From positions 2,522 to 66,521 of the forward strand of contig JAYVFS010000301.1 in assembly GCA_043772905.1 (NCBI GenBank): 64,000 nt of DNA, written 5' to 3'. Shown here one piece after another: positions 1 through 9,479 of the stretch. Within the stretch, counting starts at the first letter, position 1; the number at the start of each line of letters is the position of its first letter. The notes under the pieces were generated by a model. The model was not told where the DNA came from, made no database searches, and saw only the letters and a program-made list of their open reading frames with translations. Made by a program: the position numbers and the translations under genes. The DNA comes from Saprospiraceae bacterium (lineage in GTDB: Bacteria; Bacteroidota; Bacteroidia; Chitinophagales; Saprospiraceae).

Positions 1-232
1 GATAGATATCAAGGATTTGATTGTAATTATCCTGATGTTGTGCGTTCAATTTATCAGTCGCCTCTTGTACCAGAACATTGGCGTTGAAAAAGCCATTGTA
101 CTTCGACGTAAGGTTGTGCATGAACAGTTTTAAGCCTTTAGCCTCGTCTTTTTTGCGTGAAGTGACGCAAGAAGCGAGTACTGTAAGGGCGAAAATCAGC
201 GTTAGGGACTTATAAAAATGTCTCAATGTCAA
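1..232 (-). CDS. 5' part of a lipoprotein gene that continues past the window edge
   Basis: The minus-strand frame is open from base 1 up to a TTG at 232 (second TTG at 226). The translated N-terminus (M)TLRHFYKSLTLIFALTVLASCVTSRKK has a signal peptide and a lipobox-like LASC. It is truncated, so it is absent from the ORF track. Family not recognised. Confidence 0.4.
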   Translation of the reverse strand, partial: MTLRHFYKSLTLIFALTVLASCVTSRKKDEAKGLKLFMHNLTSKYNGFFNANVLVQEATDKLNAQHQDNYNQILDIY

Positions 233-370
233 ACGATTTATATTATTTCTAAAAAGTTAATTTTGCTATAATAGGTTTAAAAGTGCAATATCTCTGTAAT
301 TTTGCGCCATGAACCTGCTATTAGACTTAAAATTGGGCAAAATTATTTTAATTCCGTCAATAATTAACAA

Positions 371-1366
371 ATGACAACCGAAAATAAACCGAATCGTTTT
401 AATACTTACTTGGAACGACTTAAACACCTGTCCGCCCGTGACGTTGTGCATGGCATCGAAAATGCTTGGCGACGTTTGGTGGCTTTGATTGATAAAGCAC
501 GCGAAACGTATTACCGTCTTGTCATATTGAATAACGAAACTTTTGAAGAAGTCAACTCTTTCAAACTCTCTGTCTTTAACTTTTACGTAGCTGTTAGCAC
601 TTTGTTCGTTGGTTTTACCGCTTTGGGTATGGCTTTAATCGTTTTTACGCCCATGAAGAAGATTATTCCTGGCTACGGTGGTTATGGTTCTGAACGGGCG
701 GTTTTTGACCTTTATGAAAGAGTAGATAGTTTAGAAACTGCCTTAAAAGCCCATGAAATCTATACGAATAATTTTAGAAAAATGCTCGTTGGTGATGTGG
801 AAAGGGAAAAAGACGTGCCAAAGGACAAACAAGCGACCCCCTCAATATCGGACTCAAATATGAACGTTGACCCATCGGAATACGAATTGAAAATACGTGC
901 AGGCGGTGGCGACCCTTTTGAAGACTCCAACACAGGCAGTAGTAATAACAATAATGAAAAAGCCATACGTGTAATAGGGCGGAATGACAGGCTTGAAAGT
1001 ATGTACTTGCAATCGCCCATTACAGGCACCGTGAATTTGACTTTTTCACTTGAAAAAAAACATTACGGTGTGGACATTGCTGCGCCTAAAAACACGCCTA
1101 TAAAAGCGGTGTCAGATGGTTTTGTTATTCTATGTGATTGGACTTTGGAAACAGGTAATACGATTGCCATACAGCACAGCAATAATGTCGTTTCTTTTTA
1201 CAAACACAATTCAAGTTTGTTGCAAAAAGTAGGGGATAAGGTCAAAACAGGCGAAGCTATTGCGATTATTGGTAATACAGGCGAGCAAACTTCGGGTCCT
1301 CACTTGCATTTTGAGTTGTGGAAAGATGGGAAAGCTGTAAATCCACAGGAATATATAAGGTTTTAA
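371..1366 (+). CDS. M23 (LytM-type) metallopeptidase, membrane anchored
   Basis: 331-aa ORF with an N-terminal TM segment (VAVSTLFVGFTALGMALIVF). The C-terminal HYGVDIAAP ... GNTGEQTSGPHLHFELW matches the HxxxD and HxH zinc-site signature of M23 peptidases. Confidence 0.85.
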   Translation: MTTENKPNRFNTYLERLKHLSARDVVHGIENAWRRLVALIDKARETYYRLVILNNETFEEVNSFKLSVFNFYVAVSTLFVGFTALGMALIVFTPMKKIIPGYGGYGSERAVFDLYERVDSLETALKAHEIYTNNFRKMLVGDVEREKDVPKDKQATPSISDSNMNVDPSEYELKIRAGGGDPFEDSNTGSSNNNNEKAIRVIGRNDRLESMYLQSPITGTVNLTFSLEKKHYGVDIAAPKNTPIKAVSDGFVILCDWTLETGNTIAIQHSNNVVSFYKHNSSLLQKVGDKVKTGEAIAIIGNTGEQTSGPHLHFELWKDGKAVNPQEYIRF

Positions 1367-1482
1367 AAGGAAGAATAGGAAGAATATATTTTGTTGATTA
1401 CTCAATTGTTTTATTTAATTTTGTTTACAAAAATGCCCATTACAGAAACTAATTATTTTTTGAAATATAAAAATTCAGACGT

Positions 1483-2037
1483 ATGACACTTGTAGCAGAA
1501 GAGAAAATAACTGTAACCGCATTTCTCGAAAGAGATGATTTTGAAGAAGGTTACATATATGAACTAATCAATGGTATTATTATGAGAAGAGCTTCCCCCC
1601 ATGCTGAGCATCAAAATGCCGTCGGCAATATTTTTGCAATTATGCGGGCTTTTGTCCTTGAAAAACAGCTTGGCAAATGTTATGTCGCACCGCTTGATGT
1701 TATTTTCGATGATTATGATTTGATTCAGCCCGATGTGATGTTTATATCAAAAGAGCGTTTGGGTATTGTTTCAAAATTCATTGACGGTGCGCCAGAATTA
1801 GTCGTAGAAGTTTTGTCGAAAGGTTCAATAAAGATGGATAGAAATGATAAAATGAAAGCTTATCGGCAAAATGGCGTTGCAGAGTATTGGATTGTGGATT
1901 ATCAAAAGAAAACTGTAGAGGTGTATGCTCTGATAAAAGGTGATTATGATATGGTTTCCTTTGCAGATGAAACTGGAGACATTGAGTCCGTCTTACTTCA
2001 AGGTTTGAAAATTAATTTAGCCACCATATTTGATTGA
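1483..2037 (+). CDS. Uma2 (DUF820) family PD-(D/E)xK endonuclease-like protein
   Basis: 184 aa. YELINGIIM, PDVMFISKER, APELVVEVLS and AEYWIVD are the conserved blocks of the Uma2/DUF820 family. Confidence 0.8.
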   Translation: MTLVAEEKITVTAFLERDDFEEGYIYELINGIIMRRASPHAEHQNAVGNIFAIMRAFVLEKQLGKCYVAPLDVIFDDYDLIQPDVMFISKERLGIVSKFIDGAPELVVEVLSKGSIKMDRNDKMKAYRQNGVAEYWIVDYQKKTVEVYALIKGDYDMVSFADETGDIESVLLQGLKINLATIFD

Positions 2038-2121
2038 GTTTTTTATAACTTTTTGTAACAAAAAGTGTTTAGAACCAAGTGTCTAAACACTTTTTTTTTC
2101 TTCAATACTGAGGGGGGTGCT

Positions 2122-2129
2122 TACCTTTG
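2122..2129 (+). promoter_or_regulatory. Bacteroidota-type -7 promoter box TACCTTTG (TAnnTTTG)
   Basis: Exact TAnnTTTG match 18 nt upstream of the ABC transporter ATG at 2147. Confidence 0.4.
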
Positions 2130-2146
2130 CAAAAAAATATTAAAAT

Positions 2147-3916
2147 ATGAGCCAGACTCAACCAAAAAAGAAATTCAACTTTCCGCTGTTTCGCCGCATT
2201 ATGTCTTTGGCAAATCCTTATCGGTTAATCTTTGCGTCCGCTGCGTTTTTAGCTATTGTCCTTGCACCGCTTTCGAGCGCACGTCCTTATTTGATACAAC
2301 AAATGGTGGATGAGCATATCTTTAAATTTGATGTGGCGGGCATGACGCGTATGGTCATTATCCTCATTGTGTTACTGTTTTTAGAAGTTATTTTGCAATA
2401 CACCTTTAATTATATTACCTCTTGGCTCGGGCAATCGGTCATTCGAGATTTACGTGTTCGGGTATTTCGTCGTGTTACGAGCTTCAATTTGTCGTATTTT
2501 GATAAAACCCCAATTGGGCAATCCACGACGCGGACGATTAGCGATATTGAGACCATCAATGCCGTGTTTTCGGAAGGTATCATGACGATTATTGCCGATT
2601 TATTGACGTTAATTGTCGTATTAGGCATTATGTTTTGGACAAGTTGGAAACTAACATTGGTGTGTATGACCGTTTTGCCCATACTTATTTTAGGCGCGCG
2701 TTGGTTCAAAAACGAAGTCGCTCGTTGGTTTCAAACGGTTCGGAACAGTATTTCAACCATGAATTCCTTTTTGCAGGAGCATATCAGCGGTATGAAAGTT
2801 GTTCAAATTTTCAATGCGGAAGCTCAGGAACGTGAGAAATTCAAGGAAATAAACCGTGCTTACACGGGTGCAAACCTAAAAGCCATATTTGCTTATGCTG
2901 TGTTTTTTCCTTTCGTTGAAATCATTTCTGCTGCGGCTTTGGGGCTTATGGTTTGGTATGGTTCGCGTGGTGTTATTGAAAACCACATTACTTTGGGCGT
3001 TTTGGTTGTTTTTCCTGTTTATTTGAATATGTTGTTTCGCCCAGTTCGGATGTTAGCTGATAAATTCAATACTTTACAAATGGGCATGGTTGCTGCCGAA
3101 AGAGTCTTTGATTTGCTTGATGAGGCTGAATTTATTGAAAAAAATGGCTCAAAAAAGGCAGATATACTGAGGGGGGATGTGGCGTTCAAAAATGTTGATT
3201 TTAGTTATGATAATGCCAATTACGTCTTGAAAAATGTCAGTTTTGAATTGAAAAGAGGTCAAACTTTAGCTATTGTTGGTTCAACAGGTTCTGGGAAAAC
3301 GACCATAACAAGCGTTTTATCTCGTTTTTATGAAATACAAAAAGGCTCGATTACGATTGATGGCGTGGATATTCGAGAGTATGATTTGAAGAGTTTACGC
3401 AGCAAAGTCGCTGTTGTTTTACAAGATGTATTCCTGTTCAGTGGTTCAGTTTTTGAAAACATTACTTTGAGAGACCCCTCAGTATCCTTAGAAAAGGTAA
3501 AGGCTTGCGCCGAAATGATAGGGGCTGCGGAGTTTATAGAACGATTGCCAGGCGGCTACGATTATGAAGTGATGGAACGTGGTGCGACTTTGTCAATGGG
3601 GCAAAGGCAGTTGATTTCGTTTGTTCGCGCTCTTGTATTTGACCCCAGCATCTTGATTTTAGATGAAGCAACCAGTTCTATTGACCCTGAAACTGAGGGG
3701 GTGATTCAATATGCGATTGAAAAATTGATTGACAAACGCACGTCTATTATCATTGCGCATCGCCTTTCGACCATTCGTCATGCCGATAATGTTTTAGTGA
3801 TGGATAAAGGAAAGGCGATTGAATTTGGTAAGCATGATGACTTGATACAAATCGAGGGCGGTCGTTATAGAGAGTTGTACGAAATGCAATTTGCTTCAAA
3901 TGTTATGAGCATGTAA
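2147..3916 (+). CDS. ABC transporter, fused permease/ATP-binding protein (MsbA/MdlB-like exporter)
   Basis: 589 aa. N-terminal six-helix ABC membrane domain, then Walker A GSTGSGKTT, signature LSMGQRQ and Walker B ILILDEATS. Confidence 0.9.
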   Translation: MSQTQPKKKFNFPLFRRIMSLANPYRLIFASAAFLAIVLAPLSSARPYLIQQMVDEHIFKFDVAGMTRMVIILIVLLFLEVILQYTFNYITSWLGQSVIRDLRVRVFRRVTSFNLSYFDKTPIGQSTTRTISDIETINAVFSEGIMTIIADLLTLIVVLGIMFWTSWKLTLVCMTVLPILILGARWFKNEVARWFQTVRNSISTMNSFLQEHISGMKVVQIFNAEAQEREKFKEINRAYTGANLKAIFAYAVFFPFVEIISAAALGLMVWYGSRGVIENHITLGVLVVFPVYLNMLFRPVRMLADKFNTLQMGMVAAERVFDLLDEAEFIEKNGSKKADILRGDVAFKNVDFSYDNANYVLKNVSFELKRGQTLAIVGSTGSGKTTITSVLSRFYEIQKGSITIDGVDIREYDLKSLRSKVAVVLQDVFLFSGSVFENITLRDPSVSLEKVKACAEMIGAAEFIERLPGGYDYEVMERGATLSMGQRQLISFVRALVFDPSILILDEATSSIDPETEGVIQYAIEKLIDKRTSIIIAHRLSTIRHADNVLVMDKGKAIEFGKHDDLIQIEGGRYRELYEMQFASNVMSM

Positions 3917-3958
3917 TTGATTCACTATCAGTATTTTAGATTGGCTCAGGTATAGTTT

Positions 3959-4022
3959 ACGGAAATAGAATAGGTTTTTGCTTTTTTTTGCAAAAAAAAT
4001 AAAAAACCTATTCTATTTCCGT
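3959..4022. terminator. Bidirectional hairpin with perfect 21-bp arms
   Basis: ACGGAAATAGAATAGGTTTTT (3959-3979) pairs perfectly with AAAAACCTATTCTATTTCCGT (4002-4022). It sits between convergent genes. Confidence 0.7.
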
Positions 4023-4043
4023 CTATTATACCTTGTCCGAACT

Positions 4044-4085
4044 TCTTAAAAAAAGAAAGCGCAGCTTGGTTAGAGCTGCGCTTTT
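4044..4085 (-). terminator. Intrinsic terminator of the PorP/SprF-OmpA gene
   Basis: Stem AAAGCGCAGCT / AGCTGCGCTTT (4056-4085), followed on the minus strand by a T-run (plus-strand A-run 4044-4054). Confidence 0.65.
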
Positions 4086-4115
4086 GGTGTTTTGAAGGAA
4101 AATATAACAAATAGT

Positions 4116-5933
4116 CTAATCGAAATAGAACTCTAATTCAACGCGACGGTCTTGTTGAAGTACGCCTGCATCATTCTTATTTGGATTAGATTGAGTCGCT
4201 CCAAAAAACTCTACAATGAGCAGGTTTGGTGAAATACCTCTTGAAACCAAGTAGTTTTTAACGGCATTAGAACGATTGCGCGACAACATTAAGTTGTGCT
4301 CTTGATCACCGCGTGCATCCGCATGACCGCTAATTTTCAATTTCCAATCCTTTTTCTTTTTCATGATTGAAATAACATTATTCAAATCACGATAAGATGA
4401 CGGACGGATAATCCATTTGTCTGTATCAAAATAAAGATTGCGAATGGCAATAGTCAAAGCATCTTGTTCATCTTGACTGACAACCGGGCAACCATTATTT
4501 TCTTTTGGACCATAAGTATTCGGGCATTTATCTAACTCATCTGGAATGCCATCTTTATCGCGGTCACCACCAAACGGACAACCTTTGTTCTCTTTTGGAC
4601 CCGGTGTATCGGGGCAAGCATCGTCCTTATCCATTGTGCCATCTTTATCGCGGTCACTTGTCAATGGACAACCCATGTTTGTCAATGGACCAGCTTCGTC
4701 TGGACAAGGGTCAATTTCATCCAAAATGCCATCTTTGTCGCGATCACTGAGGGGGCACCCTTCGTTGCGGGCTGACCCTGGAATGTCTGGACATTTGTCA
4801 ATATCGTCGCGAATGCCGTCACCATCACGGTCATTGAAGGGGCAGCCTTGATTTGGTTTAGTACCTGGAACGTCAGGACATTTGTCATCTGCATCGCAAA
4901 TACCATCCTTATCTCTGTCGGGACATAACTCTTTTTTCTCTTCTTTTTCAGGACAACCGTTGTTTTCCTTAGTACCCGGCTCTTTTGGACATTTATCGTC
5001 TTTGTCGCAGATGCCGTCTTTGTCTTCATCTTTGCATTGACCACCAAAACGGAAACCAACGGTCACTTCATGGCTGCCAGAACTGACGTTGCTCAACTGC
5101 GAAGTCGTCATATCGTAACTGTATGCCGCATACCATTTTGGATATTCAATACCCGCCATAGCGACAACAGCATCTTCAGTCCGATAGCTACCGCCCACCC
5201 AAAATTGGTTGTTAAATATACCTCGAATCGAAAAATCAGCTTGTGGCTTGTTATTTTGGGCGTATTTGCCCATTATCGAAGGTTCGAACTTCAATACATC
5301 GTTTACTTTTATCGTATAACCCATCATACCATAGTAGTGTCTAACAATTGTTGTCGGGTTTGCAAGCCTCAAAGAAGGGTCATAAATCAACTTTTTTTGA
5401 TACAATTGCGGTACTGAAATACCTGCAAAAAAACCATCTTGTTGACGGAAATAAAGACCAACGCTCAAGTCTGGAACCCACATACCTGCTTGTCCCGCAA
5501 GTATTGTAGGGTCTTGGTCAACAGCAATTTGAGAGAAAACGTTGTCCAATACACTCACCTTGTAATAGCCTCCTGAAACGCCTAAGCTCAAATTGGATTT
5601 TGTGCCTATCTTTTGGGTATAAGAAACGATTCCAGAAGCCCCCGTTTTCTTCAATTTACCCGCAACGTCGTTGTAGAAATTGCCGCCTACATTGAAACCC
5701 GACTTGCCCATGCGTCCATTGACCATGACAATTTGGGTTTGCGGTTGACCTGACAGACCCACCCATTGTGTCCGATATGTAGCCCGCAAATCAATATGTT
5801 CATTTTGACCAATGACTGCTGGATTATAACCGTAGGCATTGACAACATAGTTTGAAAAAAGCGGATATTGTTGTGCCATCCCTTGCCCAACTAAGGTGGT
5901 GATGACTATGAATATGTTTAAAATTTTTTTCAT
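4116..5933 (-). CDS. PorP/SprF-family T9SS membrane protein fused to thrombospondin type-3 repeats and an OmpA-like C-terminal domain
   Basis: 605 aa. The N-terminus QQYPLFSNYVVNAYGYNPAVIG is the PorP/SprF signature. The middle has about 9 copies of DxDxDGxxDxxDxCP (TSP3-type calcium-binding repeats). The C-terminus GHADARGDQEHNLMLSRNRSNAV ... RRVELEF is OmpA_C. Confidence 0.85.
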   Translation of the reverse strand: MKKILNIFIVITTLVGQGMAQQYPLFSNYVVNAYGYNPAVIGQNEHIDLRATYRTQWVGLSGQPQTQIVMVNGRMGKSGFNVGGNFYNDVAGKLKKTGASGIVSYTQKIGTKSNLSLGVSGGYYKVSVLDNVFSQIAVDQDPTILAGQAGMWVPDLSVGLYFRQQDGFFAGISVPQLYQKKLIYDPSLRLANPTTIVRHYYGMMGYTIKVNDVLKFEPSIMGKYAQNNKPQADFSIRGIFNNQFWVGGSYRTEDAVVAMAGIEYPKWYAAYSYDMTTSQLSNVSSGSHEVTVGFRFGGQCKDEDKDGICDKDDKCPKEPGTKENNGCPEKEEKKELCPDRDKDGICDADDKCPDVPGTKPNQGCPFNDRDGDGIRDDIDKCPDIPGSARNEGCPLSDRDKDGILDEIDPCPDEAGPLTNMGCPLTSDRDKDGTMDKDDACPDTPGPKENKGCPFGGDRDKDGIPDELDKCPNTYGPKENNGCPVVSQDEQDALTIAIRNLYFDTDKWIIRPSSYRDLNNVISIMKKKKDWKLKISGHADARGDQEHNLMLSRNRSNAVKNYLVSRGISPNLLIVEFFGATQSNPNKNDAGVLQQDRRVELEFYFD

Positions 5934-6061
5934 TTCATTGTTTTATTTTGCAAATGTGTATTTGCTTTTAATGAAAAATGTTGATGGTTATTTGGGAATT
6001 AGTTATTGGTTTATTAGTTAATCAATAACCAATTCTCCAATAACCAATTTCCCAATACCTA

Positions 6062-7315
6062 TTAACGTAGTATGGTGACCGAGCCTTCCCAAACAGTATT
6101 CTTATCATCGTTTAGTTTAATGATATAGAAATACGCTGCGGCGGGTAGTTCTTTGCCCTCTTGATTTGTACCTTCCCAATCGTTTGTATAGGCTTTTTTA
6201 GTATAAACTATTTGCCCCCAACGGTTGTAAATGAATATCTCATTATTAGGATATTTTTCAATGTTTGCAATGACCCATTTATCGTTGTTGTTATCACCAT
6301 TTGGTGTGATGACATCAAAAACTTTGAAGGTCGAGGTATTAATACGACACCGACGATTGACAATAAATGAGGTATCTAATCGGCAATTATTAGAATCGAG
6401 TATGGCAACGCGATATTGTCCTGCAATTAATGTGGAGATTGTCGAAGTTGTTTCGCCATTTGACCAATTGAGTCTGTAAGGTTTTGTACCTCCGCTGACA
6501 GTTAGCTGCAAAGCACCATCTTCATAATCTTTACAAGTTTCGGGTGTCATGACATTGGTAAATGAAATCGAACTGCTGGGTTGGTTGACCACAGTATCCA
6601 AGGTGAAAGTACAACCACTTGCATCGGTTGTCGTCACTCGGTAGCGACCTGCTGTTACATTCGAAAGGTTTTGAGTGGTTGCACCATTTGACCAGAGATA
6701 GGTTTTTGCTCCAGTGCCACCAATGGACGTTATCGTAATTCCGCCTGTACTTGCATTGCGACATTTGATAGTCGTCACTTGAGCTGTTGCCGAAAAACCA
6801 ATTTGACTAGCGGCGACATTGACGGTTTTAGCACGACTATCTGCGCATTGTCCGCTAATAACCTTCAAAGTGACGATTTTTAACCCACTTGATGTGTAAA
6901 TAACACCCGTTGGATTCAACTCGTTAGATGTTTGAGGCACAGCGCCTTCGCCAAAATTCCATTCTACCACCAAGTTAGGTGTCTGTCCCCCTGTGTATTC
7001 GAGGTCGAATTTAGTACCGCAAGTAGGTGACTGAAATGGTATAATATTGAAAGCTGGTGTCAAAGGTGGACAGCCTGGTGCATTGCCATTAAACGGCGGT
7101 TGTTGAAAACCTTGACGCAAATAACCTGCTGTGGTCGGGCTTGACGGATGTAAAACATTGCAGCCTGGACAGCTTCCTGCCGTCCAACTGACTCTAAATG
7201 GCGCAAAAGTTTTTAATGAGCCAATGCTTGTTAAAGTTGAGCGTTTGATTTGCTGGGCTTTAACGGCATGTATGCCAAAAGTCAGTATTAATAAAATTGT
7301 TATTATTTTTTTCAT
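6062..7315 (-). CDS. Secreted protein with a T9SS type-B (gliding-motility-associated, CHU_C) C-terminal sorting domain
   Basis: 417 aa with a signal peptide. Internal repeats of the CxxxxTGxIT/WSNGxTT type (SprB/HYR-like). C-terminus ITPNGDNNNDKWVI ... IYNRWGQIVY ... is the type-B CTD. Confidence 0.8.
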   Translation of the reverse strand: MKKIITILLILTFGIHAVKAQQIKRSTLTSIGSLKTFAPFRVSWTAGSCPGCNVLHPSSPTTAGYLRQGFQQPPFNGNAPGCPPLTPAFNIIPFQSPTCGTKFDLEYTGGQTPNLVVEWNFGEGAVPQTSNELNPTGVIYTSSGLKIVTLKVISGQCADSRAKTVNVAASQIGFSATAQVTTIKCRNASTGGITITSIGGTGAKTYLWSNGATTQNLSNVTAGRYRVTTTDASGCTFTLDTVVNQPSSSISFTNVMTPETCKDYEDGALQLTVSGGTKPYRLNWSNGETTSTISTLIAGQYRVAILDSNNCRLDTSFIVNRRCRINTSTFKVFDVITPNGDNNNDKWVIANIEKYPNNEIFIYNRWGQIVYTKKAYTNDWEGTNQEGKELPAAAYFYIIKLNDDKNTVWEGSVTILR

Positions 7316-7449
7316 TGCTCAAAAATTGATTTCAAACTGTTGTTTTTCAAAATATACCCCCCTCAGTATAAAGGGCGTTTTTTCCTAAAAATGTTCAGTT
7401 TTTGACTTAAAAAATGAATTTTCAGAAGATTAAGTATAAGAAATCAATC

Positions 7450-9009
7450 TTATTTTTGGAGCAAATATCCTGTAACATAGAAACTACCGACATTGGTTAA
7501 TCCTTTGCGTATTTTTTTACCTTCTGGAATAACGACAACACGTGGTGATGAACTCGAACCTGTAAAGAAGCTGTAATTCGTTCCATCAATCAAAAAAGAC
7601 ATATCACGCGAACCATTCGTTCCACTTTTTATGATGAGAGATTTACCTGTTGGAACAGTATATTCGGATGATGCATCCGAGAAGTCAAGCATAAGCGGTT
7701 CTGCATATTTTTGATTGTCAATCAAGAGACCACTACAAAAACAACTTTGAATCGTCTTGCCAGTCGGAATAATGGGCATTCCCGGCTCAATAAGGATGTT
7801 TTTTCCATCTGACATCACAATTGGATTGTTGACGGCTGTGATAAAGAGGGTTCTTCCGAAAGGTACTGTAAAATTAGATGTTATTAAAACGGCTTCACCT
7901 TGAACCCCATATGGAAATTCAATGGTTGCACCCGGTGCTCTTAAAGGAGTTGTCGAAAAATTAACTTGATCAAACTGTCCATTGTTTTTTGATAATTTCA
8001 ATGTACTGGTAAGTGTATCATAAGTCATCGTCTGAATCTCATTTGTAGGGTCTTTATCACGATCATCCAAGGCTGTTTGTGCTGTAACCGCCGTTTGCGC
8101 ACTCACTGCCGTTTGTGCTGAAACAGCTGTTTGCGCACTAACTGCCGTTTGGGCACTGATAGCTGTGTTTGCTCTGCGCGAGCTATCTGCTAACCAAGCA
8201 AATTGCGCGGTATCTGAACGACGTGCCGTAATCGCACTGATAGCCGTTTGCGCTGAAATAGCTGTTTGCGCACTGATAGCTGTGTTTGCTCTACGTGAAC
8301 TGTCTGCCAACCAAGCGAAAGTCGCTGTATCAGAACGGCGTGCTGTATTTGCTGTAATAGCCGTTTGTGCAGTAACTGCATTTTGTGCATTGACTGCTGT
8401 TTGAGCCGTGATAGCAGAATTAGCCGTAATGGCTGTTTGTGCACTAATAGCAGTGTTTGCTCTACGTGAACTGTCCGATAACCAAGCAAATGCGGCTGTA
8501 TCTGAACGACGAGCCGTTAAAGCGACATTAGCCGTGAGTGCATTATTGGCGGTTAAAGCGGTCACTGCAATACGTGCAGAATCAGCATAAGCAGCAGAGC
8601 TGGACTTGTCGGCATAAAGGGCATAAGGGACAGAAACCATTTGGTTTGTACCCATTAAGACGTAATTGTTGCCGCCTGTAATGTCCATTTCTATTTTAAG
8701 ATAATACTTGTCTGCGCCCCATTTGATGTTATTAAATGTGGTTTGCGCACCACTCACACGGGAGCCTGAGCCAATTTGTAGGTCGAACAAACCAAAGCCA
8801 TCGGTCAGAAGGGAATGAACTTCAACCCATTCTTCAGAGCCAGCGGTTGACCCCTTCAAAATGGATAGTCTAACTTTAATGGATTGGCTAACTAATTCGT
8901 TACCACGCGTATCCGTAGCAACTGCTTGATAGCAAATGGCTTGTGGCACTTGAGCTGAAAGCGTTAAAGTTGTTGTGAAAAACAAGAGTAAAGTGATAAA
9001 TTTTTTCAT
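7450..9009 (-). CDS. Secreted repeat-rich fibre-like protein (function unknown)
   Basis: 519 aa with a signal peptide ending LSAQ. It has an N-terminal globular part, a central low-complexity block of T-A-[IV]-[ST]-A-[QN] hexapeptides punctuated three times by ARRSDTAxFAWLxDSSRRAN, and a C-terminal globular part. Confidence 0.6.
   Translation of the reverse strand: MKKFITLLLFFTTTLTLSAQVPQAICYQAVATDTRGNELVSQSIKVRLSILKGSTAGSEEWVEVHSLLTDGFGLFDLQIGSGSRVSGAQTTFNNIKWGADKYYLKIEMDITGGNNYVLMGTNQMVSVPYALYADKSSSAAYADSARIAVTALTANNALTANVALTARRSDTAAFAWLSDSSRRANTAISAQTAITANSAITAQTAVNAQNAVTAQTAITANTARRSDTATFAWLADSSRRANTAISAQTAISAQTAISAITARRSDTAQFAWLADSSRRANTAISAQTAVSAQTAVSAQTAVSAQTAVTAQTALDDRDKDPTNEIQTMTYDTLTSTLKLSKNNGQFDQVNFSTTPLRAPGATIEFPYGVQGEAVLITSNFTVPFGRTLFITAVNNPIVMSDGKNILIEPGMPIIPTGKTIQSCFCSGLLIDNQKYAEPLMLDFSDASSEYTVPTGKSLIIKSGTNGSRDMSFLIDGTNYSFFTGSSSSPRVVVIPEGKKIRKGLTNVGSFYVTGYLLQK
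8040..8590 (-). repeat. In-gene tandem repeats (18-bp hexapeptide units nested in three longer repeats)
   Basis: Runs of GCTGTTTGCGCACTNAYNGCC-like 18-mers are visible, plus three diverged copies of the segment encoding RRSDTAxFAWLxDSSRRANTAISAQTA. Confidence 0.8.
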
Positions 9010-9345
9010 TAGAAGAATTCTTTTAATTAATAATATTTTTGCACTGTGAACTATAAACTGAATAAAACTTTGATGACATTCAAATACGCTAACCTTTATT
9101 GGTTAGTTACATAAGCCAATAAAAAAACATGCAAATACGTTACTTTTTTTTAAACATTTCGTTCAATGAAAAGGTAATTTGTTGATTGTCAACAGTTTGC
9201 AAGCAGTGTAAATGATTATTGTTTTAAAGCGTAGTATTGTTGGCTTGTAATAGTTTCGGTAAGAAAATTCTTTAAATCGTGTTTGTAGGGGCAAAGATGT
9301 GTATTACTATAAATATAACAAAATTTTATCTTTAAAAATTTATAA

Positions 9346-9379
9346 TAAAAAAAACGTCAGTGTGAAAACACACTGACGT
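9346..9379 (-). terminator. Intrinsic terminator (minus strand)
   Basis: Perfect 11-bp stem ACGTCAGTGTG/CACACTGACGT with loop AAAA. The plus-strand A8 run at 9346-9353 gives a T-tract on the minus strand. Confidence 0.7.
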
Positions 9380-9479
9380 TTCAACGAAAGGACACAATTT
9401 TTTGCTAAAAATTATCTTCAAATTTAATGCTTTTATTGCACAAAGTCAATAGGTCATCAAAAATTATCTATGAATTAAC

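Noticed and set aside
1483-2037. The Uma2/DUF820 endonuclease-like gene as part of a restriction-modification system
   Set aside because: There is no methyltransferase or specificity subunit adjacent. It is flanked by an M23 peptidase and an ABC exporter. Uma2 genes are commonly solitary.
4505-5059. ORF-track ORFs 4505..4750, 4546..4851 and 4682..5059 (other frames within the TSP3 repeat region)
   Set aside because: They lie entirely within the PorP/SprF-OmpA gene. They are open only because of the repetitive GAT/GAC-rich sequence, and their translations are low complexity.
8165-8590. ORF-track ORFs 8165..8404, 8190..8489 and 8408..8590 inside the fibre-like gene
   Set aside because: They are alternative frames of the hexapeptide repeat array. 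They lack independent start context and are explained by repeat periodicity.
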